The position numbers and the translations under genes are program-made. Positions 12,195 to 21,181 of a DNA stretch of 64,000 bases are shown piece after piece. Under the pieces are notes generated by a model. That model was given only the letters and a program-made list of their open reading frames with translations, had not been told where the DNA came from and did no database searches. The stretch spans positions 96,001 to 160,000 of the forward strand of contig JBNKCR010000098.1 of NCBI GenBank assembly GCA_050287845.1, given 5' to 3'. Positions within the stretch are counted from its first letter, which is position 1. Every line of letters starts with the position of its first letter. The stretch is from Polyangia bacterium. GTDB taxonomy: Bacteria > Myxococcota_A > Polyangia > JAAYKL01.

Positions 12195-13727
12195 ATGATG
12201 AAACGACCCGATACCTGTTCAAATAGAAGTTGTGATACTCGCAGAACCCCATTGCGTGTGTTCATGGTGCTGTCTACCATTTTATTTCTGGCGTGCGGTA
12301 ATGAATCCCCGCGCCGCCCGGATGTTCAGAATAATCGTGATACGGAGAACGCTTCGGATGCTCAACCTGTGAAATCCGTTGCAGAAGTAAATGCCGATAA
12401 ATCGGTGCCCATGCCGCCGGTGGACAAGGTTCTGATGGTTCTGGTGGATGCGCTTCGGGCAGACAAACTGGGATGCTATGGATTCAACGAGCCCACCTCA
12501 CCAGCGATCGACAAGCTGGCAGCGGAATCGGTTCTTTTTGAAAATGTGCATGCAGCATCCCCATGGACCGCGCCATCTTTTGGTACGCTGTTCACCGGGG
12601 TTTCACCCACCGTTCATGGCGCCGGCAAAATGCTGGGGCGATACGGCAAAGGCGGCAAGGAGGTGCATGGGGTTAATGTCGGCGGACTTCGCAGCGACTT
12701 GCCTACGCTGGCGGAACTGGCGCCGGAAAAAATGTGGACGGCTGCGGTAATTAACAACTCATTCGTCTGTAAAGAACTGGGATATGCCAGGGGATTTGAT
12801 GAATTTGATTTTCGGCTGGCCAGGTTGACGCAATATCGCACTGCTGACGAAGTCACCGACATTGCCATCAAGTGGCTGGAACAGCACGGAAATGAGCCAT
12901 TCTTCTACTTTTTACATTACTTTGATCCCCATATTCAATACGCGCCCCCAAAGAAGTATCTGCCGATATTTGCCCCCGACAAACCTCGCAGAATTGGTTA
13001 TCCATTTACGGACCACGCATCGGCAAGAGACGGGAGCCTGAATCCGAACGAAGCGGAGAAGGCATTCATTCGCGGTCTGTATCACGGAGAGGTGCGATTT
13101 GTGGACGATGAGTTCTCCAGACTGCTGACCTATATGAAAAAAGCGGGATTGATGGATGATACCTGGATAGTATTTGTCTCCGATCATGGTGAAGAGCTCT
13201 TTGAGCATGGCAGTTTTGATCACGGTCACCGGTACGAGGAGGAAGTGACGAGGGTTCCCTGGCTGATCCGGGCGCCGGGCGGCCAATGGCATGCAGGAAC
13301 GAGGGTGACGCAAAATGTGTCACATGTGGACGTTTTTGTGACGTTGCTCGAACTGATGGGAGTTTCCGTTCCACCGCACGCAGAAGGAAAAAGCGTGATG
13401 CCGCTGATTGAAGGAAAGGAAGTTGCACCGCGAGTTTCATTCATGGAGTTCAACCTTTTTGGCGGTCAGCAGTGTGCGTTATTCGATGGGCGATACAAGC
13501 TGATTTATGATTTGAAACGCGAAAGGGCATTCATGTACGATTTGTTAAATGATTCATCGGAGCAGGAAAAGCTGTCGGATACGCATGAAGGGTTTCGTGC
13601 ATTGTTCAATCATTTGAAAAGAAAGAGAAAAGAGTTGCAGCGAGCAGCGGCGGGGAAGTCCCGGAATAGCGCGGTTTTGTCCGATGAAGCGCGGGATGCC
13701 TTGAAATCTCTGGGATATATCGAATGA
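12195..13727 (+). CDS. Sulfatase-like hydrolase/transferase, probable lipoprotein
   Basis: Lipobox-like FLAC, VLVDALRAD, SPWTAPS, HYFDPH, SDHGEE, C-terminal ALKSLGYI. Confidence 0.85.
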   Translation: MMKRPDTCSNRSCDTRRTPLRVFMVLSTILFLACGNESPRRPDVQNNRDTENASDAQPVKSVAEVNADKSVPMPPVDKVLMVLVDALRADKLGCYGFNEPTSPAIDKLAAESVLFENVHAASPWTAPSFGTLFTGVSPTVHGAGKMLGRYGKGGKEVHGVNVGGLRSDLPTLAELAPEKMWTAAVINNSFVCKELGYARGFDEFDFRLARLTQYRTADEVTDIAIKWLEQHGNEPFFYFLHYFDPHIQYAPPKKYLPIFAPDKPRRIGYPFTDHASARDGSLNPNEAEKAFIRGLYHGEVRFVDDEFSRLLTYMKKAGLMDDTWIVFVSDHGEELFEHGSFDHGHRYEEEVTRVPWLIRAPGGQWHAGTRVTQNVSHVDVFVTLLELMGVSVPPHAEGKSVMPLIEGKEVAPRVSFMEFNLFGGQQCALFDGRYKLIYDLKRERAFMYDLLNDSSEQEKLSDTHEGFRALFNHLKRKRKELQRAAAGKSRNSAVLSDEARDALKSLGYIE

Positions 13728-14057
13728 TTTTTTAAAAAAAGTGACCCGCGGCGTGACATTTATGCTATTGTTGAGTTGAAAGGCAGTGAAATGATACTGC
13801 AAAAATTAACTTATTTATTAGATTCTTGACCTGAATGCACATGGAGTGATCAGAGAAAAATCCGAGAAAACAGTTGTTGTTGAATTCAATTATTAAAATT
13901 TTCAGAAATCCAGACTGTTTTCTATGTTCACTTTTTGTACCAAAGAGCGTAAAACATGGCGCAACGTGGATAATATCTCATTGGGATATTTACTTAAGGA
14001 ATCCGGATCTGAACAATTAACAAATCAGATCCATAGCAAACTGTGAGGGAATTTATC

Positions 14058-14975
14058 ATGAAAAGAGAAAACTTATTTTTAATTCTGGCGATGGCTCTGC
14101 TGGCCGGTTTTACGGTTGTTGGTTGCGGTAGTGATCCCGATCCGACCAAGTTGACCAACTCGGACAGCGATAGCGATACCGATACCGACAGTGATACCGA
14201 CGCCGATAGCGACAGTGATACCGATACCGATACCGATACCGATACCGATACCGATACCGATACTGATACTGATACTGATACTGATACTGATACCGACGTT
14301 GGTCCCGGTGGCGATTGTGATGGCAATGATGTGGATTGCTACAGCAAATGTTGGGGATGTGCACTCTCTTCTGCTGAATGTAAACCGACTGTGGAGGCCT
14401 GCCTGACGGATACTTCCTGTGCCAAATATTATGAATGTAAAAACGAAGAATGCTGTGGCGGCAATAACGAGTGTCTCACTGGCGATGACTGGACGGAATG
14501 TATGGGTAAATGCGCCACAGATAATGACGTAACTGACGATGCGCTGAAACTTTACAAAGAGATCGACAGATGTGTTGCCTGTGATGTGTGCGCCGTTTCA
14601 TGTGGTGAAAATGAATCACAGGATTTCGCCATGTGTGCGAAAAACGTGAATACCGCTGATAATCCCTGCTACAATGAAGATGCAGAGGAAGGTGAAATAG
14701 CCTGTTTCTCATGGGCCGGATGGGGTGGTCCCTGTGACATCCCCACACAGAAATGCCAGGGGGATGCCGATTGCCTCGCGCTTGACAAATGTATCAACGA
14801 CTCCTGGGCAGATCCCTCCTGGAAGTCCATTCAGGAACAGTGTTTTGCTGATGCCGGTACAGAGATTTCAGATTTGTATTGGGCGTATATGCAGTGCATT
14901 TACTGCGACGCCTGTAACCTTGCCTGCAGCCGTGACGCCGGTTCCAAAAACTGCGAAGAATACAACGGCAAGTAA
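14058..14975 (+). CDS. Cys-rich lipoprotein with Asp-Thr/Ser linker (paralog 1)
   Basis: Signal peptide with lipobox VVGC, (DS/DT)n tract, 30 Cys in the mature domain; RBS GAGG before ATG 14058. Confidence 0.85.
   Translation: MKRENLFLILAMALLAGFTVVGCGSDPDPTKLTNSDSDSDTDTDSDTDADSDSDTDTDTDTDTDTDTDTDTDTDTDTDTDVGPGGDCDGNDVDCYSKCWGCALSSAECKPTVEACLTDTSCAKYYECKNEECCGGNNECLTGDDWTECMGKCATDNDVTDDALKLYKEIDRCVACDVCAVSCGENESQDFAMCAKNVNTADNPCYNEDAEEGEIACFSWAGWGGPCDIPTQKCQGDADCLALDKCINDSWADPSWKSIQEQCFADAGTEISDLYWAYMQCIYCDACNLACSRDAGSKNCEEYNGK
14163..14297 (+). repeat. Hexamer microsatellite encoding DT/DS dipeptides; core (GATACC)7(GATACT)5 at 14217-14288
   Basis: Read directly from the sequence. Confidence 0.95.
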
Positions 14976-15164
14976 TCGAATCCATTCCCTACTGACGCTC
15001 TCCTTCTGTTTTCCCGGAAAAATTACGCATATCAGTTGAAAATATTGCGTAAATAATTTCGTATGCAACTTGTTTTCATGTTTGTCTCGCGTTACTATTA
15101 ATGCACATTCTAAATTGTTAGAGTGGTTTGCTTATTTTACTTTCTTGAAGCTTGGAGGTGTTTT

Positions 15165-16022
15165 ATGCAACGTGCATCATTTGTGCTCGCCATTCTGGGA
15201 ATCTGTATTTCATGGATTATGCTGACGGGATGCGCCCCTGAAGACGAAAGTTCGGGGGGGACATCGGACTCAGATACTGACTCAGATACGGATACGGATA
15301 CGGATACGGATACGGATACGGATTCGGATTCGGATACTGGATCGGAATGCGACGGAGACAACGTGGATTGCTATAAGGAATGCTGGGGATGTGGATTGGC
15401 GTCCAGCCAATGTGAACCGGTGGTCAATGCGTGTCTGGATGACGTGGCCTGCAAGGCCTACTACGAATGCAAGAATAAGAACTGTTGCGACGAAGACAAT
15501 AATTGTCTGGAAGGCGATGCATGGGCGGAATGCATGTCAGGGTGTTATGCCGACGCCAATCTTTCCCGTGAATCGTTTGAAAAATTCGCTGCGATAGATA
15601 AGTGCGTTGCCTGCGATGCCTGTACCGTATCGTGCTCAGAAAAGCATTCTCTGGATTTTAAAATATGTATTCCGGAAGATGTAGCCAATTCTCCGTTGAC
15701 AGAGTGTTATGAAGAAAAAGCTCCGGAGGGCGAAGCGGCCTGTTTCTCCTGGGCCGGGTGGGGGGGGCCATGTACCTGGGATACAATGGGCTGTAAATAT
15801 AACGCGGAGTGCTCGAAGCTGGATGAGGACATTAACGCCACCTGGGGAGAAGCCAATTACGTCGAGCTGCAGGAGGAATTATTCACCGCCGCAAGCGAAG
15901 AGGTGGTCACACTCTATTGGGCGTATATGCAGTGCATCTACTGTTATGCATGTACCGAATCCAAATGTGAAGGCGATGCCGGTTCGAAAAACTGTGAGGA
16001 GTACGAGTCCCCCTTTGAATAG
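15165..16022 (+). CDS. Cys-rich lipoprotein with Asp-Thr/Ser linker (paralog 2)
   Basis: Lipobox LTGC; shares ACFSWAGWGGPC, LYWAYMQCIYC and DAGSKNCEEY with paralog 1; 28 Cys in the mature domain; RBS GGAGGT. Confidence 0.85.
   Translation: MQRASFVLAILGICISWIMLTGCAPEDESSGGTSDSDTDSDTDTDTDTDTDTDSDSDTGSECDGDNVDCYKECWGCGLASSQCEPVVNACLDDVACKAYYECKNKNCCDEDNNCLEGDAWAECMSGCYADANLSRESFEKFAAIDKCVACDACTVSCSEKHSLDFKICIPEDVANSPLTECYEEKAPEGEAACFSWAGWGGPCTWDTMGCKYNAECSKLDEDINATWGEANYVELQEELFTAASEEVVTLYWAYMQCIYCYACTESKCEGDAGSKNCEEYESPFE
15267..15338 (+). repeat. Hexamer microsatellite encoding DT/DS; core (GATACG)6 at 15285-15320
   Basis: Read directly from the sequence. Confidence 0.92.
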
Positions 16023-16240
16023 AGCTTATCAACGTTTTCTTCTTTTTAATGTTTCATCTATAGAACAAATCCAGTATTAGCAGTTCGAACATATCGACGT
16101 GGCTGCAGGTCATGTCTGACACGATAAATTCAATATGTGGCGTTTGTACCGCTTACTTCACTGAGCTTTCTGTGGTAATTATGAGTGAAATGCCCTGTAT
16201 CTGGCGGCTTTGGGCCGAACGGGAGCTGTAAAGGAGATCA

Positions 16241-16504
16241 ATGTCGAACAAGAATGAACCCGTTGATGAAACAGTTCTGAAAGGTACCGTGGTGTTGAAT
16301 GAAGAGCGCTGCAAAGGGTGCACTTACTGCGTTCGATTCTGCCCCACCAATGCCTTGGAAATGACGGATCGATTAAACCACAAGGGCTATAATCTGCCCA
16401 TTCTTGCACATCCGGAAAAATGTAACGGATGCGATTTGTGCGGCATGTATTGTCCGGATTTCGCTATATTCGGTCGACGATTGCGCCACAATAAGGAGGA
16501 GTAA
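16241..16504 (+). CDS. korD: 2-oxoacid:ferredoxin oxidoreductase delta subunit (2x[4Fe-4S] ferredoxin)
   Basis: CKGCTYCVRFCP and CNGCDLCGMYCPDFAI; first gene of the operon. Confidence 0.88.
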   Translation: MSNKNEPVDETVLKGTVVLNEERCKGCTYCVRFCPTNALEMTDRLNHKGYNLPILAHPEKCNGCDLCGMYCPDFAIFGRRLRHNKEE

Positions 16505-16506
16505 AG

Positions 16507-17667
16507 ATGGGCGATACCAGGAACAGAGTTGTGGCAACCGGCACTCATTTTATAGATGGGAACATGGCTTGCGCCGAAGGCGCCATTGCGGTTGGATGCC
16601 GGTTCGTATCCGGATATCCGATTACACCATCCACCGAAGTGGTGGAACACATTGCCAAACGGTTTCCGAAAGTGGGCGGTATGTTTATCCAGATGGAAGA
16701 CGAGTTGGCAGCATCTATCTGCTTTCAGGGCGCGGTGTGGTGCGGCGTTAAGGGAATGACCGTTACATCCGGTCCCGGGTTTTCATTGATGATGGAACAC
16801 GTGGGACTGGCAGCTGCCCTGGAAACGCCTTCCGTGTTTGTGGACGTGCAGCGAGCCGGGCCTTCTACCGGCTTGCCGACAGCGCCGGCCCAGCAGGATA
16901 TGATGCAGGCCCGATGGGGATCCCATGGGGACTATGAAATTATCGCACTGTCACCCAGTTCCCCCCAGGAATGCTTTGATTATATTATCACCTGTTTCAA
17001 TCTTTCCGAAAAGTACCGATGCCCGGTGTTTTTCATGATGGATGAAACAGTGGGACATATGCACGGCAAAGTGAAGATTCCCGAGCTGGAGGCCATCGAG
17101 GTGATTGAACGTAAAAACACCACACGCCCTCCCGGCGAATACCAGCCCTACAAAGTATACGATGGCTGTGTGCCCGAGATGGTGAAGGTGGGGATGGGCC
17201 ATCGGATTCACATTACAGGACTGACCCATAATGAACAGGGATATCCCGCAATGACAGCGGATGCACAGCAAAAGCTGGTAAAACGGCTATGCTCAAAGAT
17301 TCTCGATAACGTCGATGACATTTCCATTATAAAGGAAAACAACGTTGACGATTCTGACGTGGTAGTCATTTCCTATGGCATTACTTCGCGAATTGCCGAG
17401 CACGCAGTGGAGCGGGCGCGGGCAAAGGGAGTGAAGGTGGGAACCGCTCGGTTGATAACCATCTGGCCTTTCAATGATCGGGCAATGGTGGAGATTGCGA
17501 AGAAGACGAGGAATATCATTGTTGCAGAGATGAATCTGGGGCAGATGGTGCATGAGGTGCGGCGGGCCGTCGGCAATCTTGCGCCGGTACATTTCCTGGG
17601 GAACGCCGGAGGAACCACCATTGATCCGGATGTTATCATTGACAAAATCGAGGAGGTGACCCGATGA
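16507..17667 (+). CDS. korA: 2-oxoacid (probably 2-oxoglutarate):ferredoxin oxidoreductase alpha subunit
   Basis: GYPITPSTE, QMEDE, TSGPGFSLM, QRAGPSTGLPT, EMNLGQ. Confidence 0.9.
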   Translation: MGDTRNRVVATGTHFIDGNMACAEGAIAVGCRFVSGYPITPSTEVVEHIAKRFPKVGGMFIQMEDELAASICFQGAVWCGVKGMTVTSGPGFSLMMEHVGLAAALETPSVFVDVQRAGPSTGLPTAPAQQDMMQARWGSHGDYEIIALSPSSPQECFDYIITCFNLSEKYRCPVFFMMDETVGHMHGKVKIPELEAIEVIERKNTTRPPGEYQPYKVYDGCVPEMVKVGMGHRIHITGLTHNEQGYPAMTADAQQKLVKRLCSKILDNVDDISIIKENNVDDSDVVVISYGITSRIAEHAVERARAKGVKVGTARLITIWPFNDRAMVEIAKKTRNIIVAEMNLGQMVHEVRRAVGNLAPVHFLGNAGGTTIDPDVIIDKIEEVTR

Positions 17668-18521
17668 CAGAAATTAAATCACATCCGGTGGAAGGGTTGC
17701 TCCGCTCTGAACGAATGCCACATATCTGGTGTCCCGGCTGCGGGGTGGGAACTTCCGTGAACTGTTTTACCCGCGCCATTGAAAAACTTCAGATGGATTT
17801 GGACCAGCTGCATGTGGTGTCCGGCATTGGGTGCACGGGTCGGGTGGCCGGGTATATCAACGTGGATTCATTCCATACCACCCATGGTCGCGCCCTTGCG
17901 TTTGCCACTGGATTGTCGCTTTCAAGGCCGGATTCAAAGGTGGTGGTGTATTCAGGCGATGGTGACATTGCGGCCATTGGCGGAAATCATCTGATCCACA
18001 CCGCCAGGCGAAACGTGGATATGACTGTTATCTGCGTGAATAACTATACGTATGGAATGACCGGCGGACAGGTTACGCCCACTACTCCCGACAAGGCATT
18101 GGCAAGCACCACTCCGTTTGGTAATTTTGAACATACATTCAATATTCCCAATCTGGTCGCTGCCAGCGGTGCGACGTATGTGGCCCGTTGGACCGTGTTT
18201 CACGTTCGACAATTGACTCGGGCCATGGTGACGGCGCTGAAACATCCGGGATTTTCTTTTATTGAAATTCTGAGTCCGTGCCCCACGCTCTTTATGCGGC
18301 GAAATAAACTGGGCGCAGCGGTGAATCTGATGGAGTATTTCAAGGACAGCGCCGTGATAGATGACGGCGCGGATACCCGAACGGTTGGACTGAATGAAGG
18401 CAGAACCGTGCTGGGTGAGTTTGTGAATGTGCGTCGACCCACCTTGCGGGAGTGCTATGAAGATAGAATGCGCGAAGCGCTTGGGGATGATTTCGTGCCA
18501 TATATGGGAGGGGGGCAATGA
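17664..18521 (+). CDS. korB: 2-oxoacid:ferredoxin oxidoreductase beta subunit (TPP-binding)
   Basis: WCPGCG, SGIGCTG, HGRA, GDGD...GGNH, NNYTYGMTGGQ. Confidence 0.9.
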   Translation: MTEIKSHPVEGLLRSERMPHIWCPGCGVGTSVNCFTRAIEKLQMDLDQLHVVSGIGCTGRVAGYINVDSFHTTHGRALAFATGLSLSRPDSKVVVYSGDGDIAAIGGNHLIHTARRNVDMTVICVNNYTYGMTGGQVTPTTPDKALASTTPFGNFEHTFNIPNLVAASGATYVARWTVFHVRQLTRAMVTALKHPGFSFIEILSPCPTLFMRRNKLGAAVNLMEYFKDSAVIDDGADTRTVGLNEGRTVLGEFVNVRRPTLRECYEDRMREALGDDFVPYMGGGQ

Positions 18522-19066
18522 GTATGAGTAAGGTGGACATTCGAATTTGCGGTATGGGCGGTCAGGGAGTCATCATGAGTGGGATGGTAATTGGCCGGGC
18601 GGCATCTATTCATGAAGATAAGTGGTCTACAATGATTCAGTCATTCGGTCCTGAAGCTCGTGGCAGTACCTGTGCAGCCCAGGTGATGATTGACGACAGC
18701 CATATCGGTTATCCGTATATTAAAAAATCTGATATTTTCCTCGTGTTCAGCCAGGCTGGGTACGAAAAATATATTGATGAACTGAAGGACGATGGCATTC
18801 TCGTGTATGAGGACGAACTGATTACTCTGGATGAGCGTGTCCCCGCCGGTGCGAAAGTGTGTGGCATTCCCGCGACCCGGATTGCCCAGGAGCAGATTGG
18901 CAAGGTGATCACCTTCAATATGGTCATGCTGGGCTACTTTACCCGCAGCACCAATGTGGTGAATCTGGATGCCCTTAAAAAATCCGTAGCGGACAGCGTC
19001 CCCCCCGGCACCGACGAAATGAACCTTCGCGCCTTCGACGCCGGATACAACTACACGCCACAGTAA
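18518..19066 (+). CDS. korC: 2-oxoacid:ferredoxin oxidoreductase gamma subunit
   Basis: GMGGQGV, QSFGPEARG, NMVMLG, NLRAF. Confidence 0.9.
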   Translation: MSMSKVDIRICGMGGQGVIMSGMVIGRAASIHEDKWSTMIQSFGPEARGSTCAAQVMIDDSHIGYPYIKKSDIFLVFSQAGYEKYIDELKDDGILVYEDELITLDERVPAGAKVCGIPATRIAQEQIGKVITFNMVMLGYFTRSTNVVNLDALKKSVADSVPPGTDEMNLRAFDAGYNYTPQ

Positions 19067-19215
19067 ACGTCGCGTTTCAATACAGATCGGTCGGTGCCCC
19101 GAATAGCGCCAGAGCGCAGTTTTATCTCAAAATGGCGGACGCGCAGGAATATTGTGAAATTCGCCTTTCGCGGCAACCTCGACCATCTATGAAATTTCAT
19201 GGAAAATGCCGGGCG

Positions 19216-19253
19216 AAAAAAAAGCCTTGAAACCGGTTGGAATTCAAGGCTTT
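19216..19253 (-). terminator. Rho-independent terminator of the tRNA pair
   Basis: AAAGCCTTGA...TCAAGGCTTT inverted repeat with a T-run on the minus strand, immediately 3' of tRNA-Glu. Confidence 0.8.
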
Positions 19254-19325
19254 GACCCCAAGGAGACTCGAACTCCTGTTCCCGGCGTGAGAGGCCGGTG
19301 TCCTGGGCCACTAGACGATGGGGCC
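19253..19325 (-). tRNA. tRNA-Glu (anticodon CTC); CCA not encoded
   Basis: Minus strand reads GGCCCCATCGTCTAGTGGCCCAGGACA-CCGGC-CTCTCAC-GCCGG-GAACAGGAGTTCGAGTCTCCTTGGGGTCA, a full cloverleaf. Confidence 0.96.
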
Positions 19326-19334
19326 CAAACTTTG

Positions 19335-19405
19335 CTCGGGAACTAGGATTCGAACCTAGATTAACGGGGCCAGAACCCGTCGTCCTGCCGTTAGACGATT
19401 CCCGA
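19335..19405 (-). tRNA. tRNA-Gln (anticodon CTG); CCA not encoded
   Basis: Minus strand reads TCGGGAATCGTCTAACGGCAGGACG-ACGGG-TTCTGGC-CCCGT-TAATCTAGGTTCGAATCCTAGTTCCCGAG, with a U1-A72 pair. Confidence 0.96.
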
Positions 19406-19418
19406 ATCACAGGCAGCT

Positions 19419-19447
19419 TATTTATATGTCTGCATCGGATGTGTCAA
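19419..19447 (-). promoter_or_regulatory. Sigma70-type promoter of the tRNA pair
   Basis: TTGACA-17 nt-TAAATA on the minus strand, ending 13 nt before the tRNA-Gln 5' end. Confidence 0.65.
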
Positions 19448-19476
19448 GCAATTGAATTGGATTTTTTAATCGAATT

Positions 19477-20385
19477 CTAACAATTTCGAAGGAAGCACCG
19501 ATCCGGGAGCGCCAGTTGCTGTCGGCGCATCCCGGTATCGAGGATAAACTGTTTGGTTCTGGGGTCCCGGTAGCCGCTGACCGGCGAGGCATCTGGCGCC
19601 AGCAACTGGTTGAGCTCGGCCATCTGCAACTCGCGCAGATACTTGCCAATCATGGACGCCACCGCCACTGGCAGGTGGAGACTGTCGCCATCTTTAATGA
19701 ATCGAATTTCGGTATCTTCACCAAGTTGATACCGACTTTCATTTCGTTCCTCCTGGCGTATCACGACGTTCACTTTTCCAGAACTTTCAAACCAGGGCAG
19801 ATAGCAGCGGGTGCCGCCGACCTTGCCACACAGGGCAAGGATAGATTCATCAGGAAACCGAACACGGATGCGATCGACTAACTGCAACATCATATCAAAA
19901 TCAAACTGAAGCTTGTTTCGGCCCGATGGGGATACGGTCTCATTGAAATGTCCGGGACAGCTTATCACTGCGGTGCAGCACAATGGTTCAATGGCGGCCG
20001 TACTGAATCTCTCCCATATCTGCGATGTCATCGCGCTATCCCGCCCGCCAAAACAGGGGATAGGGAGGGAATCCGGCAGTCGGCAACCGAATGTTAATTC
20101 GAACGGGCAGGGCGATTGGGTTGTCGGATCGATGCCGCGATACAGTGTTTCAGCGGTTTGCGGATGGGTCCGCAGCAAATGCATCCATTGGAGCACTGCG
20201 GTTTCAGCGACCGCTTTCTTGCGGCTTTTAAACACGATTTTTGAGTCATCCGCGGGGAGTTCGGCATCGCTGAGCTGCCAGAATGCATCCGCCGAATACA
20301 ACGCTGTCCGGAAGGCGGTAGCAGTGACAATCATGGGTCCCAGTACCGGTCCAAGTCCGTTTTCGTCGATGCCCACCACTATCAT
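19477..20385 (-). CDS. Ribonuclease HII-like protein
   Basis: GIDENGLGPVLGPM, ADDSK, KDGD...VAVASMIGK, SGY motifs of the RNase HII fold. Confidence 0.75.
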   Translation of the reverse strand: MIVVGIDENGLGPVLGPMIVTATAFRTALYSADAFWQLSDAELPADDSKIVFKSRKKAVAETAVLQWMHLLRTHPQTAETLYRGIDPTTQSPCPFELTFGCRLPDSLPIPCFGGRDSAMTSQIWERFSTAAIEPLCCTAVISCPGHFNETVSPSGRNKLQFDFDMMLQLVDRIRVRFPDESILALCGKVGGTRCYLPWFESSGKVNVVIRQEERNESRYQLGEDTEIRFIKDGDSLHLPVAVASMIGKYLRELQMAELNQLLAPDASPVSGYRDPRTKQFILDTGMRRQQLALPDRCFLRNC

Positions 20386-21134
20386 GGTGTCGCTGCCCTT
20401 GGTTGCTTTTTAAAGTGGACGAACACTTCCCGGTTTCCCTTGGGGCCGCTAATCACCGCTTCGGCCCTGGACACAGTTTCGAGACCCAGCGCCTCGGCAC
20501 ACGCAACCACTTTCTGAACTGCATCCATGCGGTCGACATCGTCACGGACGACGCCGCCTTTGCCCACTTTGTCTTTTCCCACCTCGAACTGGGGCTTCAC
20601 CATGGCAAGGATTTCAGCAGTGTCACTCAGCGAGCTCACCACCGCTTCGAGAAGTTTGGTGATGGATATGAACGACACATCAATGACCGCGAAATCCGGG
20701 AGCGGATCGAACATGTTTGCCTCGATATCTCTGGCATTGGTCTGTTCAAGGCTCACCACCCTGTGGTCGGTACGAAGACGGTAATCGAGCTGATTGGTTC
20801 CCACATCTACAGCGTATGATTTTACGGCGCCTTGCTGAAGACAGCAGTCGGTGAATCCGCCGGTGGACGCACCGATATCCAGGATGATTCTGCCCACCAC
20901 GTCAATGTGCAGCAACTCCAGGGCACCCGCCATCTTGAGTCCGCCCCGGGATACATATGGATTCTGTTCTCCCCGGATGCGGATGTCGGCATCCTCGGAG
21001 ACCATGGTTCCCGCTTTGGTGACTGCGGTATCGTTCACCAGCACCTGTCCCGCCATCAGCAGGGCCTGCGCTCTCTGTCGGGTGGGGGCAAGCTGACGTT
21101 CGACAACCAGTTTGTCAATTCGCTGTCTGGGCAT
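20382..21134 (-). CDS. tlyA: TlyA-family rRNA 2'-O-methyltransferase (S4 + FtsJ domains)
   Basis: RIDKLVV, YVSRGGLK, LDIGASTGGFTDC, IDVSFIS, VKPQFE, GPKGNRE. Confidence 0.95.
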   Translation of the reverse strand: MPRQRIDKLVVERQLAPTRQRAQALLMAGQVLVNDTAVTKAGTMVSEDADIRIRGEQNPYVSRGGLKMAGALELLHIDVVGRIILDIGASTGGFTDCCLQQGAVKSYAVDVGTNQLDYRLRTDHRVVSLEQTNARDIEANMFDPLPDFAVIDVSFISITKLLEAVVSSLSDTAEILAMVKPQFEVGKDKVGKGGVVRDDVDRMDAVQKVVACAEALGLETVSRAEAVISGPKGNREVFVHFKKQPRAATP

Positions 21135-21181
21135 ATATGCTGTCTCAGATTGTTTGGCTGTGTTCGTTCCCGAACACCGTT

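Noticed and set aside
13994..14406. ORFs with VS, YR/YQ and IP/IL dipeptide runs
   Set aside because: Alternative frames of the hexamer microsatellite in the lipoprotein gene.
19200..19260. tRNA 3' end as a possible integration site
   Set aside because: No integrase and no duplicated tRNA 3' fragment seen; the tRNA runs straight into its terminator.
19051..19480. ORFs overlapping the tRNA pair
   Set aside because: The region is explained by two tRNA cloverleafs, their promoter and their terminator.
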